Shown piece after piece: positions 1 to 9,310 of a stretch of 64,000 nt of DNA; within the stretch, counting starts at the first letter, position 1; every line of letters begins with the position of its first letter. The notes under the pieces are model-generated. The model made no database searches. It was not told the DNA's origin and saw only the letters and a list, made by a program, of their open reading frames with translations. The position numbers and the translations under genes were made by a program. Source of the DNA: an uncultured Alphaproteobacteria bacterium (GTDB lineage Bacteria; Pseudomonadota; Alphaproteobacteria; HIMB59; GCA-002718135); NCBI GenBank assembly GCA_902614395.1, contig CACMKW010000002.1, positions 3,356-67,355 on the forward strand. Reading direction: 5' to 3'.

Positions 1-257
1 ATCCAGTTGAAGAATTTGTTTATTCTATTATGATGTGGTCATCTAAATCATTTAAAAAAAATTATAATAAATCTAAAGGATCTATCATTCATGGTAAATT
101 TAAAACTTTTGAGGTTTCACAATATTCTGGGTTAATTGTTAAAAATAAGTACGATTTAGAGGTCATTGAAAGTATTATTAAGAATAAAAATAAGAAAGTT
201 AATAAAGTTAAGTATGATAAATTAATAAAATCATTTAATGTACAAAATAAAAAATAA
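1..257 (+). CDS. 3' end of an unidentified CDS that begins upstream of the window
   Basis: The frame of the listed 30..257 ORF stays open back to base 3 (PVEEFVYSIMMW...), so the ATG at 30 is probably internal. Lys/Asn-rich tail with no motif I recognise. Confidence 0.3.
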   Translation, partial: PVEEFVYSIMMWSSKSFKKNYNKSKGSIIHGKFKTFEVSQYSGLIVKNKYDLEVIESIIKNKNKKVNKVKYDKLIKSFNVQNKK

Positions 258-1320
258 TCTCACAAAACTTAAAAGAATTTCAAAAAAACATGATTTTTAT
301 TTAAACCCTAATGGGATTTACTTAAATAGAAACGAGAGGATAATTCAATTCTCAAATCAAATTCTTAAAAAAATAAGAAATAGTATTACAAGTGAAAGTC
401 TATCTCTTTATCCAGATTTCAATTTATTTTATAAAAAAATCTCAAATTGGCTTAATGTAAAAGAATCAGAAATTTTTTTAAATGAAGGTGTCTCAGGTCT
501 AGTAAAAACTTTATTTGAAACTTTTTGTGATCAAGGTAAATCAAATGTAATCATTCCATTTCCAACATTTGCAATGTACGAAATATTTGCAAAAATTTAT
601 AAGGTTAAAATTAAAAAATTAAAATATGATAAAAAATTTAAAATAAATTTAGATGATATATTTAGAGTAGCAGATAAAAACACATCTTTAATAATTTTAC
701 CTAATCCAAATGTTCCAATTGAGGGGTTTTTAGATTTAACTAAAATTAAAAAAATTCTTAATTTTTGTAAAAAAAATAAGATAATGCTAGTAATTGATGA
801 GGTTTATTATCCTTTCTCTAAATCAACATCAATTGAACTTTTTAGTAAATATAAAAGTCATTTTATTATATTGAGATCTTTTTCAAAGGCATTTGGTTTA
901 GCAGGTATAAGGTTAGGATATGCAATTGGATCCAAAAAAAATATAAAATATTTATCTAAAGTAAGGGGGGGGTATGAAACTAACAACTTATCTGTATTAG
1001 CAGCTTCTGTGCTAATAGATAATTATCATCAAGTAATAAAATATGTTGATGATATTAAGAATGGTATGAAATTTTTTCAAAAAAAATTAAAAAAAATTGG
1101 GATACCATATGTTGGGGGTAATCATGGTAATTATATTTTTGTAAGCTTAAAAAATAAGACTGAAGCTTCTAAAATATATAACGAGTTAAAATATTATAAA
1201 ATTTACGTACGCAGTGGTTGGCCAAAACCTTATGATAATGGCTTACTAATAAGTGGTTCAAATATAAAAATAATGAAAGATGTAAGTAAAGTTTTTGAAA
1301 ATTTTTTTTATAATGAGTAA
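238..1320 (+). CDS. Class I/II (HisC/CobD-like) PLP-dependent aminotransferase
   Basis: 360 aa. PNPNVP substrate/PLP loop and the PLP-lysine context SFSKAFGLAGIRLGY are typical of fold-type I histidinol-phosphate-aminotransferase-like enzymes. Confidence 0.8.
   Translation: MYKIKNNLTKLKRISKKHDFYLNPNGIYLNRNERIIQFSNQILKKIRNSITSESLSLYPDFNLFYKKISNWLNVKESEIFLNEGVSGLVKTLFETFCDQGKSNVIIPFPTFAMYEIFAKIYKVKIKKLKYDKKFKINLDDIFRVADKNTSLIILPNPNVPIEGFLDLTKIKKILNFCKKNKIMLVIDEVYYPFSKSTSIELFSKYKSHFIILRSFSKAFGLAGIRLGYAIGSKKNIKYLSKVRGGYETNNLSVLAASVLIDNYHQVIKYVDDIKNGMKFFQKKLKKIGIPYVGGNHGNYIFVSLKNKTEASKIYNELKYYKIYVRSGWPKPYDNGLLISGSNIKIMKDVSKVFENFFYNE
965..972 (+). repeat. G8 homopolymer inside the aminotransferase CDS (codons AGG GGG GGG, protein RGG)
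   Basis: Read directly: gtaaGGGGGGGGtat. It is the longest G/C run I found in the window; other G or C runs reach 6 at most. Confidence 0.9.
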
Positions 1321-2425
1321 TATTGATTTTGATGTTACAATAGTTGGTGGTGGTGTAATCGGACTCTCAATTAGTTATCACATTTCAAAGCTCATTCCTA
1401 ATATAAAAATTTTGCTTCTTGAAAAAGAAAAAAGAATTGGTTTAATAAATTCATCCAGAAATACCGAAGTAATTCATGCAGGTATATATTATCAAAAAGA
1501 CTCAATGAAATCTATTTTTTGTAAAGAAGGAAAAAATAAAATTTATAAATTTTGTGAAAAATATAAAATTAAATCAAAAAAAATTGGTAAACTATTTATA
1601 GATAATTCAAATAATTCAATTGAAAATCTTCTGATGATTCAAAAACAAGCTAAATCAAATGGTTTAAATGATTTATTTTTTATAGATAAAAAAAACCTTA
1701 GAGAAATTGAGCCTAACCTAAATACAAATTTAGCACTTTGCTCTCCCTCTTCAGGTATTTTTGATACTTATGATTTTATTAGCAAACTTGAAGCATTGTC
1801 TTTGAACAGAGACGTTACAATTGTAAATGAATGTATTTTTACTAATGCAATTAGAGAGGATAGATTTTGGAAGATTTGTATTAATCATGATCAAAATAAC
1901 CACATCAAAACAAAAATCTTAATAAATTCTGCAGGATTACAATCTTTAGATATAAGTAAAAAAATATTTAATATAAATTTTGACTTAATTAAAAACTATA
2001 CCAAAGGCTGTTATCTAAGATATAAAGGTGTCTCACCTTTCAATCACATAATTTATCCCTCTTTAAAACCTGGAATCATAGAAGAAAGAGTCGACGCAAC
2101 TCCTGATATAAATGGTGGTTTAAGATTTGGTCCATCAGCCGAAAGTTCCAACGACAACATAAATTTCGAAACCAATAAAGAAATTTTAGATAAATTTTAT
2201 ACTAAAATTAAAGAATATTTTCCATTAGTAATAAAAAACAAATTAATTTTTGATACTGTTGGTATAAGACCAAAAGTATCAAGTAAAAAAAGCAAACTAC
2301 CATTAGATTTTAAAATAACATGTGGTAATAACTTTGTTGATCTAGTTAATATTGAATCTCCTGGACTTACATCCTCTTTAGCTATTGGTTCATATATTGC
2401 TAATCATGTGAAAGAAGTAATTTAA
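1313..2425 (+). CDS. FAD-dependent oxidoreductase, L-2-hydroxyglutarate oxidase (LhgO)/DAO-like
   Basis: N-terminal dinucleotide fold DVTIVGGGVIGLSISY and C-terminal ESPGLTSSLAIG. Start placed at ATG 1313 (MSNIDF...), 8 nt overlap with the upstream stop; the track start at 1295 adds only MKIFFI. Confidence 0.8.
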   Translation: MSNIDFDVTIVGGGVIGLSISYHISKLIPNIKILLLEKEKRIGLINSSRNTEVIHAGIYYQKDSMKSIFCKEGKNKIYKFCEKYKIKSKKIGKLFIDNSNNSIENLLMIQKQAKSNGLNDLFFIDKKNLREIEPNLNTNLALCSPSSGIFDTYDFISKLEALSLNRDVTIVNECIFTNAIREDRFWKICINHDQNNHIKTKILINSAGLQSLDISKKIFNINFDLIKNYTKGCYLRYKGVSPFNHIIYPSLKPGIIEERVDATPDINGGLRFGPSAESSNDNINFETNKEILDKFYTKIKEYFPLVIKNKLIFDTVGIRPKVSSKKSKLPLDFKITCGNNFVDLVNIESPGLTSSLAIGSYIANHVKEVI

Positions 2426-3196
2426 ATGATTAATTTAAAAAAAATTAAAAACAAATCAATCTCCGACATATTCAATTTCATTTCATATAAAATTGATTAT
2501 TTCTTAACATATCCAAAAAAAGGCTTTACCAGAAACCATGTTGATAATTTTATGTATAAAAATTTTAGTAAGATTGAATCCGATTTGAAAGTTTTAGATG
2601 TAGGAGCTGGGAATAAACCATATCAAAAATATTTTAATAAATGTCATTATGATACATGTGAGTCATCTGAAGTTTTAAGTCAAATCGGTTATATTGGTAA
2701 GATGAATCATTCTTTTTATTGTGATATTACAAAGTCAATTCCAAGAAATGATAATTATTATGATATCATAATATGTAATGAAGTCTTTGAACATATCAGC
2801 GAGCCTTCAGATGCGCTAAAAGAAATTTACAGAGTTTTAAAACCAAGTGGTAAACTTTTTTTAACTGTTCCTCAATGTCATGGATTACATCAAGAACCTC
2901 ACAATTACTTCAATTATTTATCCTATGGTTTAGAGTATTTACTAAAAAAAAATAAGTTTACTTCCTGCAAAGTATTTCCATTAGGAGGTGTTTATCATTT
3001 ACTTGGAAAAGTAATTCAAAATTCTTTAAATATTTTATTTCAAAAAATTAATTTTAAATTAAGAATTATATTATATCCAATAGAATTAATTATTAAGTTA
3101 GTATTTTTTATTATTTACATTTTTTTATTTTATGTAGATAAAATTGATACCCAAAGAAAATGGACAATAAACTATGGATGTATTGCGACTAAATAA
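2426..3196 (+). CDS. Class I SAM-dependent methyltransferase with a hydrophobic C-terminal tail
   Basis: Motif I VLDVGAGNKPY, post-I acidic residue, LKPSGKLFLTVP motif. The last 50 aa or so are hydrophobic (LRIILYPIELIIKLVFFIIYIFLFY). Confidence 0.8.
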   Translation: MINLKKIKNKSISDIFNFISYKIDYFLTYPKKGFTRNHVDNFMYKNFSKIESDLKVLDVGAGNKPYQKYFNKCHYDTCESSEVLSQIGYIGKMNHSFYCDITKSIPRNDNYYDIIICNEVFEHISEPSDALKEIYRVLKPSGKLFLTVPQCHGLHQEPHNYFNYLSYGLEYLLKKNKFTSCKVFPLGGVYHLLGKVIQNSLNILFQKINFKLRIILYPIELIIKLVFFIIYIFLFYVDKIDTQRKWTINYGCIATK

Positions 3197-3785
3197 TAAA
3201 TTTTTTTACGTTTTTATTAATTTTAATCTGAACAATTACTTACCTAAAGTTGCAATATATAATATTTATAAAATTCAAAACACTCAATATTCAAATTATG
3301 ACCCACAAAAAAATAAAAATCCTATCCTAAATTTAAATTCTTTTAATATTAATAAATTTATAAATGAATTAAATTTTAATATTACTAAAAAAAAACAATT
3401 TATAGATAATATAAACAATAATCTTAATTGTTGTGTAGTTTTGAATAAGAAAGATATAATTCATGAAAATTGGTTCTCTTTATCTTTAATTTCCAATAAA
3501 AATTTTGAAACGTGGTGTGATTTTATTAATTGGAAGTTAGAATCTACATGTGGCAATGCAAGAACTATTGAAATGTTTAAATCAAAAGGTTTTTACTCAG
3601 CAAGTTTATCTAAAATATTTAAATTTTTGATTTCAAAAGGAAAAATAAATACATATTTGTCAGTAAAAAAAAATAATAAAATAGGTAATTTATCTTTGAT
3701 AAAATTTAATCCATCAATTATAGGTATAGGTTATAAAATAAATTTTCTTTTTATTAAGATTTATTTTCTAAAAAAAATAATTTAA
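3174..3785 (+). CDS. Hypothetical protein (weak GNAT-like C-terminal motif)
   Basis: 203 aa ORF in operon context. Low-complexity Asn-rich N-terminal half. GNARTIEMFKSKGFY resembles the N..A...Y.K.GF end of acetyltransferase motif A/B, but this is weak. Confidence 0.4.
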   Translation: MDVLRLNNKFFYVFINFNLNNYLPKVAIYNIYKIQNTQYSNYDPQKNKNPILNLNSFNINKFINELNFNITKKKQFIDNINNNLNCCVVLNKKDIIHENWFSLSLISNKNFETWCDFINWKLESTCGNARTIEMFKSKGFYSASLSKIFKFLISKGKINTYLSVKKNNKIGNLSLIKFNPSIIGIGYKINFLFIKIYFLKKII

Positions 3786-3786
3786 A

Positions 3787-4827
3787 ATGAAAAAAATTAA
3801 GTATTCAGATCTTTTATCATTTTCAAAAAAAATTTTAATTAAATCAAATTTTGATAATAAATCTGCTAAAATTTTAGCTGAATGTCTATGTCAAACTTCA
3901 TTAAGGGGTGTAGACTCTCATGGCATCAGACTTTTAAATCATTATGTTAAGTCTACTATTGCAGGCAATAAAAATGCTAAACCAAAATTCAAAATTTACA
4001 AAAAATTCCCATCAGTTTCTTTACTAGATGCAGACAAAGGATTAGGTCACATAGCAGGATTTAAAGCAATAGAAATAGGTATTAAAGACTGTAAAAAATA
4101 TGGTCTGTCTATGGTTTCTGTTAAAAACTCAAAACATCCAGGCGCTTTAGCGAGTATAGCCATACCTGCTGCAAAAAAAGGATATGCGGTACTTGCTTTC
4201 ACTAATAGCGACTCTCTAATGCTTTCATTTAATGGTAAGAAAGCTCTTTTGGGCACAAACCCTATTTGTTTTGCTTGTCCAAATGGTGAAAATGAACCCT
4301 TTTGTCTTGACATGTCTACTACAACTTATACCTATAATAAATTACTTGTAATAAAAAAAAATAATAAAAAACTTCCTGATAACTTTGCAGCAGATAAAAA
4401 TGGAAATGTAACCTTAAATCCTAATATTGCTAAATCACTTCTTCCATTAGGAGGCTATAAAGGTTTTGGTTTGTCTATAATGGTTGAAATTTTAACAGCA
4501 GTGTTAGCAAATAGCTCTTTAGATTTTGAAATACCAGGAATGTATTCAAAATCAAAAAAGAAAAGGGATATATCACAAACTTACATAATTTTTAAAATTG
4601 AGTCTGTTACAACAAAAAACAAATTTATTAAAAGTTTAAAAAAATTATCTTCTAAAATTAGATCTGATAAAAAAGGAAAAAAGTCAGCAGTTATGCCTAA
4701 TGATCCAGAAAATAAATTTCTCAAAGAAAGAATCAAATACGGTATTCCTTTATCTAATGAAGTTTATAAAGATTTGATGATGTTATCAAAAAAAAATTCT
4801 GTGAAATTGATAGTTTATAATGGATGA
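3787..4827 (+). CDS. Ldh_2 family (malate/L-lactate/sulfolactate/diketogulonate-type) NAD(P)H oxidoreductase
   Basis: 346 aa. LRGVDSHGIRLLNHYV, the SKHPGALA segment and GTNPICFACP match my memory of the Ldh_2 (AllD/ComC/DlgD) family. Confidence 0.8.
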   Translation: MKKIKYSDLLSFSKKILIKSNFDNKSAKILAECLCQTSLRGVDSHGIRLLNHYVKSTIAGNKNAKPKFKIYKKFPSVSLLDADKGLGHIAGFKAIEIGIKDCKKYGLSMVSVKNSKHPGALASIAIPAAKKGYAVLAFTNSDSLMLSFNGKKALLGTNPICFACPNGENEPFCLDMSTTTYTYNKLLVIKKNNKKLPDNFAADKNGNVTLNPNIAKSLLPLGGYKGFGLSIMVEILTAVLANSSLDFEIPGMYSKSKKKRDISQTYIIFKIESVTTKNKFIKSLKKLSSKIRSDKKGKKSAVMPNDPENKFLKERIKYGIPLSNEVYKDLMMLSKKNSVKLIVYNG

Positions 4828-6565
4828 TATTATAGTTGTTGCAAACTTTGACGATGCAAATTTTATTTTAAAAAACTATTCAAATTCACAATATATATTA
4901 ACTTTAACACCTGATATTTATAACTATTTACAAAATAAAAATCTAAAACTGATTGATGTATTTAAAATTAATTATGATAAAATTCATTCTGAAACTATTC
5001 AAAAAACTTTTGTAATTGATAAGTTAATTGAAAAAAAATTAGCAGAGATAAAACTAAGACTTTCAACAAAAGAATATATAAAATTTCAAATCAATGTTTT
5101 CATGTCATCTTTTATTTATCTATCAACATTCATTAAAACTTATAAACAAATTACTATTATTGATGTGAATAAATTTAGAAAAATAAATAATATACATGAT
5201 GAAATTGAAATGATTTTTAATAAAATGTTAAAATTAAGAGGTTTTAGCTATTATTTTCCAACTCAGAGCTCCTATAAAAAAGCAAGTAATTATCTAATTA
5301 AATTAAATAATAATATTTTAAAATATTTTTTTTATAAAAAAAATATTATTTTTTCTTCTGGTGATGAATATGGAATGAATATCTTAAACAAAAAATTACT
5401 AAAGTGTAATAACAATTCACGAATAATCAAATTAGAAAGTTTAGATTCTAAATATTATCTAAAAATCATAATTAATTTATTAAAATTAATTTTCTTAAAA
5501 AAAAAATTTTCAGTATTTCCAATTAATGAATATCAAAAAAATTATATTAATGTAATTAACTCCATTTTTCTAGATTTACAAAATAATGAATTAAAATCTG
5601 CTAAAAATTTAATGATTCCAATATTAGTTGAAGGAGTAAATTATATTGAGAATAATACTAATTATTTTTCTATTTATTTTAGCAAAATCAATATTAATTT
5701 TTTTTTTGCTCATCAAATTAAAATGTCAAATTCATTAATTCTTGCTGAAATTGCAAAGTCAAAGAATGCGAAAACTTTTTTAATATCTCATGGAATACAT
5801 TCGTATTCTAAAAATGCAAATACTCACATCGCACTAAGTGCAAATGCAAGAGGTATGATTGTAAGTTCTCTAGCAAATTTTTCAATAATTCAATCAAAAA
5901 TTTCAAAAAAAGCATTTGATGCATATAACTCAAAAAATATTTCAATTAATTCCTTACCTTTAATGTGGGGAAACAAGAATATTAAAAAGGATAATTATAA
6001 CTTCATCGATAGACAAAAAAAAGTAATCCTCCACGCTAGTACCTTTAAATCATTTAATGTAAGACCATGGATATATGAGTCAACATTTGAGTATATTAAT
6101 GGTTTGAATAAACTAATATCAAAAATTAGAAATTTAAAAGACATTACATTGATAATTAGACTAAGACCAACATCGGAGTGTAGTTATGAAACTCTAGAAA
6201 ACTTAATATCAAAAAGTAGTAATGTATTTTTAAAAAAAGACGGTGATTTTATGGATGATCTTAAAAAAGCATCTTTACTAATAAGCTATTCTTCAACAAC
6301 AATTGAAGAAGCTCTACATGAAAGAGTGCCAGTAGCAATTTATGCAAACTCTATAAGATTTAATCATTTTGAGTGTATAAGTGAAGATATTGATAGTAAA
6401 AGATCAGCAGTTTATAATTTATCTGATCAAAATATGGAAAAAGAATTAAAAAAAATAATCAAGGATCATTTCAATAAACCTTTAACTGATGATGAATTAA
6501 AAAATTATATCTGGACTAAAGAAGACCTAGAACTAACATCTTATAACAAATTAAACTCTTTTTAA
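4820..6565 (+). CDS. Orphan 581-aa protein, C-terminal half resembles a GT-B / capsule-type glycosyl- or phospho-transferase
   Basis: No family motif recognised in the N-terminal half. The C-terminal half has an alternating beta-alpha pattern: KKVILHASTF ... ITLIIRLRPT ... ASLLISYSSTTIEEALHERVPVAIY, like the nucleotide-sugar-binding Rossmann half of TagF/KpsS/sialyltransferase-like enzymes. Confidence 0.5.
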   Translation: MDDIIVVANFDDANFILKNYSNSQYILTLTPDIYNYLQNKNLKLIDVFKINYDKIHSETIQKTFVIDKLIEKKLAEIKLRLSTKEYIKFQINVFMSSFIYLSTFIKTYKQITIIDVNKFRKINNIHDEIEMIFNKMLKLRGFSYYFPTQSSYKKASNYLIKLNNNILKYFFYKKNIIFSSGDEYGMNILNKKLLKCNNNSRIIKLESLDSKYYLKIIINLLKLIFLKKKFSVFPINEYQKNYINVINSIFLDLQNNELKSAKNLMIPILVEGVNYIENNTNYFSIYFSKININFFFAHQIKMSNSLILAEIAKSKNAKTFLISHGIHSYSKNANTHIALSANARGMIVSSLANFSIIQSKISKKAFDAYNSKNISINSLPLMWGNKNIKKDNYNFIDRQKKVILHASTFKSFNVRPWIYESTFEYINGLNKLISKIRNLKDITLIIRLRPTSECSYETLENLISKSSNVFLKKDGDFMDDLKKASLLISYSSTTIEEALHERVPVAIYANSIRFNHFECISEDIDSKRSAVYNLSDQNMEKELKKIIKDHFNKPLTDDELKNYIWTKEDLELTSYNKLNSF

Positions 6566-8316
6566 TGATATTCATAAATAATGTCTCTAAATTTGAAGAA
6601 AATTTAAATGATAAGAAATTTGCCTATCTCTATTCTGAAGATACAAAAAATGATTTGAAAATTGATAATATCAAAAATAAATTAATTCATATAAATCTTA
6701 ATTATGAAATCAACTTTAATGAAATAAGTATCTTTAATAATTATTTTTCAACTATTTCTAAAATAAATAATAATTTTCTTTATTGGTCTTCTGAATTAAG
6801 TTCAAAAAATCGATTTACAACAAAAATATCTCAAAATTTTTTTAAACACTATTTCTTGGTTAAAGAGCTCTTAAAAATTAAAGAAAGCAATATTCTAATT
6901 TTAACTGATGATTATAATATAATACAGACTATAACTTTGAATTTTGAAGACAGATTTATATTTAACGAAAATAAATTTAATTTGAAAAAATATCTAAAAG
7001 AAAAAACAAAGTATTTTTTAAAATTTAAAAAAATATTTTCAGAATTAATATTATTGGCAAATTTAATATTTAAATCAATTATCTCAAGAATTATTTTGAA
7101 TAGAATTGATTTTAAAAATAAATCTTATTTAATTAAAACACACACTTACTATAATCAAATAAATAAATTAAATGTGACTGATATTTTTTTTGGTGACCTA
7201 GAAAAAAATTTTAATAAAAGTTATTTCAAGTTAGCACATTTCCAAAATGATTATTTCAAAACACTTAAATTTATAAGTAAAAATAAATATAATATTTATC
7301 CATTTGAATATTTTATTAGCACATATCAGTTATTATATTTATTTATAAAAAAATATTTCTTTAAGATTAAAATTTTTGAATCTATAAAAAATACAATTAA
7401 GCTTGATCATATATTTATTCATGAAATTCAAAAATCAGGAATTTCACTCAATCATTTATCTTTTTATATCGTTGCAAAAAATTTGTCTAAGATCACAAAT
7501 ATTGAAAAATTATATTTAACTTATGAAAACATTGCATGGGAAAATTCTTTTATCTTTGGTCTTAAAAAATTTATGCCAAACATAAAAATTGTAGGTTATC
7601 AACATACTGTTGTTCCTCAAGCTTCTGTTGGAATGTTTATTAGCTCTCAAGATAATAAAGTAAAACCATTGCCTGATTTAATTTTGACTAATGGATCTGT
7701 GACAAAAAAGATAATAAACCAATATTCTAAATATCCAACTGGATTGGTAGATTCGTCATGCGCTCTTAGATTTAATAATCATTACCATTACTCACTTAAA
7801 AGAAAAAAAATATCAAATATTTTAGTAGTTCTTGAAGGCATTCCAGAAGTGTATAAATTAGTTAATTATATATTAAATTTCTCATTGAATAAAAACTTTA
7901 ATATTACTATCCGCACTCATCCTGTTTTACCTTGGAAAGTGATAAAAAAATTACTTAATTTATCTTCTACGTCTGATAACATTATCATATCTGAAAATAA
8001 ATCACTTCATCATGATTTTAAAAGATCAGATATTTGTATTTATTGGGGAAGCGCAGTATGTTTGGATGCTATAAAATATGGATTGCCAGTTGTGCATTTT
8101 GATGAGGGTAAATACTTAAGTTATGATCCATTGTTTGAATTAAATCAATTCAAATGGATAATTAAACGTACTAATGATCTTGAAATTATTATAAAAAAAA
8201 TCGATAACTTAAAAGCTTCTGAATTTGAAAATAAAAGAAAAAACGCTCAAGATTATGTAGATAAATATTTACATTCTATTAATCAAGAAGATATAAATAA
8301 ATTTTTAATAAAATGA
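6565..8316 (+). CDS. Orphan 583-aa protein, same architecture as the preceding gene (distant paralog, GT-B-like C-terminal half)
   Basis: ILVVLEGIPE ... NITIRTHPVLPW ... SDICIYWGSAVCLDAIKYGLPVVHF parallels the upstream protein segment by segment. Its start overlaps the upstream stop (ATGA-type junction). Confidence 0.5.
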   Translation: MIFINNVSKFEENLNDKKFAYLYSEDTKNDLKIDNIKNKLIHINLNYEINFNEISIFNNYFSTISKINNNFLYWSSELSSKNRFTTKISQNFFKHYFLVKELLKIKESNILILTDDYNIIQTITLNFEDRFIFNENKFNLKKYLKEKTKYFLKFKKIFSELILLANLIFKSIISRIILNRIDFKNKSYLIKTHTYYNQINKLNVTDIFFGDLEKNFNKSYFKLAHFQNDYFKTLKFISKNKYNIYPFEYFISTYQLLYLFIKKYFFKIKIFESIKNTIKLDHIFIHEIQKSGISLNHLSFYIVAKNLSKITNIEKLYLTYENIAWENSFIFGLKKFMPNIKIVGYQHTVVPQASVGMFISSQDNKVKPLPDLILTNGSVTKKIINQYSKYPTGLVDSSCALRFNNHYHYSLKRKKISNILVVLEGIPEVYKLVNYILNFSLNKNFNITIRTHPVLPWKVIKKLLNLSSTSDNIIISENKSLHHDFKRSDICIYWGSAVCLDAIKYGLPVVHFDEGKYLSYDPLFELNQFKWIIKRTNDLEIIIKKIDNLKASEFENKRKNAQDYVDKYLHSINQEDINKFLIK

Positions 8317-9308
8317 AAAGATATAAATGCGCCATTATTGGTTACGGATATATGGGGAAAATCCGTCATAATGTAGTTAATAAAATTCCAAAACTTGATC
8401 TAAAATATATCATTGATGAAAATATAAATATTATTCCAAATAGCTATAAATACATAAAACTTAATAGTTATAAAGAATTAGACTTTGATAAGATTGATAT
8501 AATTTTTGTGTGTACCCCAAATAACATAAGTCCACTAATTATAAAAAAGGCATTAAAGTTTAATAAAAAAATTTTTTGTGAAAAACCTCCTGCAAGAAAT
8601 TTAAGAGATGTTGCAAATATAAGAAAATTAAAAAATTCCTCAACAAATTTAATGTTTGGTTTTAATCATCGCTTTCATCCAGCTATTGAAAAAGCAAAAA
8701 AACTTATTGACTCTAAAAAATTTGGTAAAGTTATTTCTCTTAGAGGTGTTTATGGTAAATCAGGTGGTATAAATTTTAAAAAATCATGGAGAAATAATAT
8801 TAAAATTTCAGGTGGCGGTATTCTTTTAGATCAAGGAATACATATGATAGATATCTTTAGGTTTTTCTGTGGTAATTTTGAAAAGATAAAATCCTTTCAA
8901 TCAAATATTTTTTGGAAATTTGATATTGAAGATAATGCATTTTTGATTTTAAAAAATAAAAATAATCAATTAGCAAGCTTGCATTCTTCATCGACATTAT
9001 GGAGACACACATTTAGAATAGATGTAACTTTGGAAAAAGGTTATTTTCTAGTTGAGGGTCTATTATCTAAAACAGGAAGTTATGGGCAAGAAAAAATTAC
9101 ATATGCACCTAGACAATTTGAAAATATTTCAAAAGCAATTGGTAACCCAACTGAAACAGTGGTTTACTATGATACTGATAATTCATGGCTTAACGAAGTA
9201 AAAGCTTTTTTAAAATTTATTGAAAATAAATCAAAAATTAAAATAAATAATATTGATGATGCTTATTCTGCTATGCAAATAGTAGATAAAGCATATAAGC
9301 AGGATTAA
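8313..9308 (+). CDS. Gfo/Idh/MocA family NAD(P)-dependent oxidoreductase
   Basis: N-terminal Rossmann CAIIGYGYMGKIRH and the family EKP motif (IFCEKPPA). 331 aa. Confidence 0.8.
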   Translation: MKRYKCAIIGYGYMGKIRHNVVNKIPKLDLKYIIDENINIIPNSYKYIKLNSYKELDFDKIDIIFVCTPNNISPLIIKKALKFNKKIFCEKPPARNLRDVANIRKLKNSSTNLMFGFNHRFHPAIEKAKKLIDSKKFGKVISLRGVYGKSGGINFKKSWRNNIKISGGGILLDQGIHMIDIFRFFCGNFEKIKSFQSNIFWKFDIEDNAFLILKNKNNQLASLHSSSTLWRHTFRIDVTLEKGYFLVEGLLSKTGSYGQEKITYAPRQFENISKAIGNPTETVVYYDTDNSWLNEVKAFLKFIENKSKIKINNIDDAYSAMQIVDKAYKQD

Positions 9309-9310
9309 TT

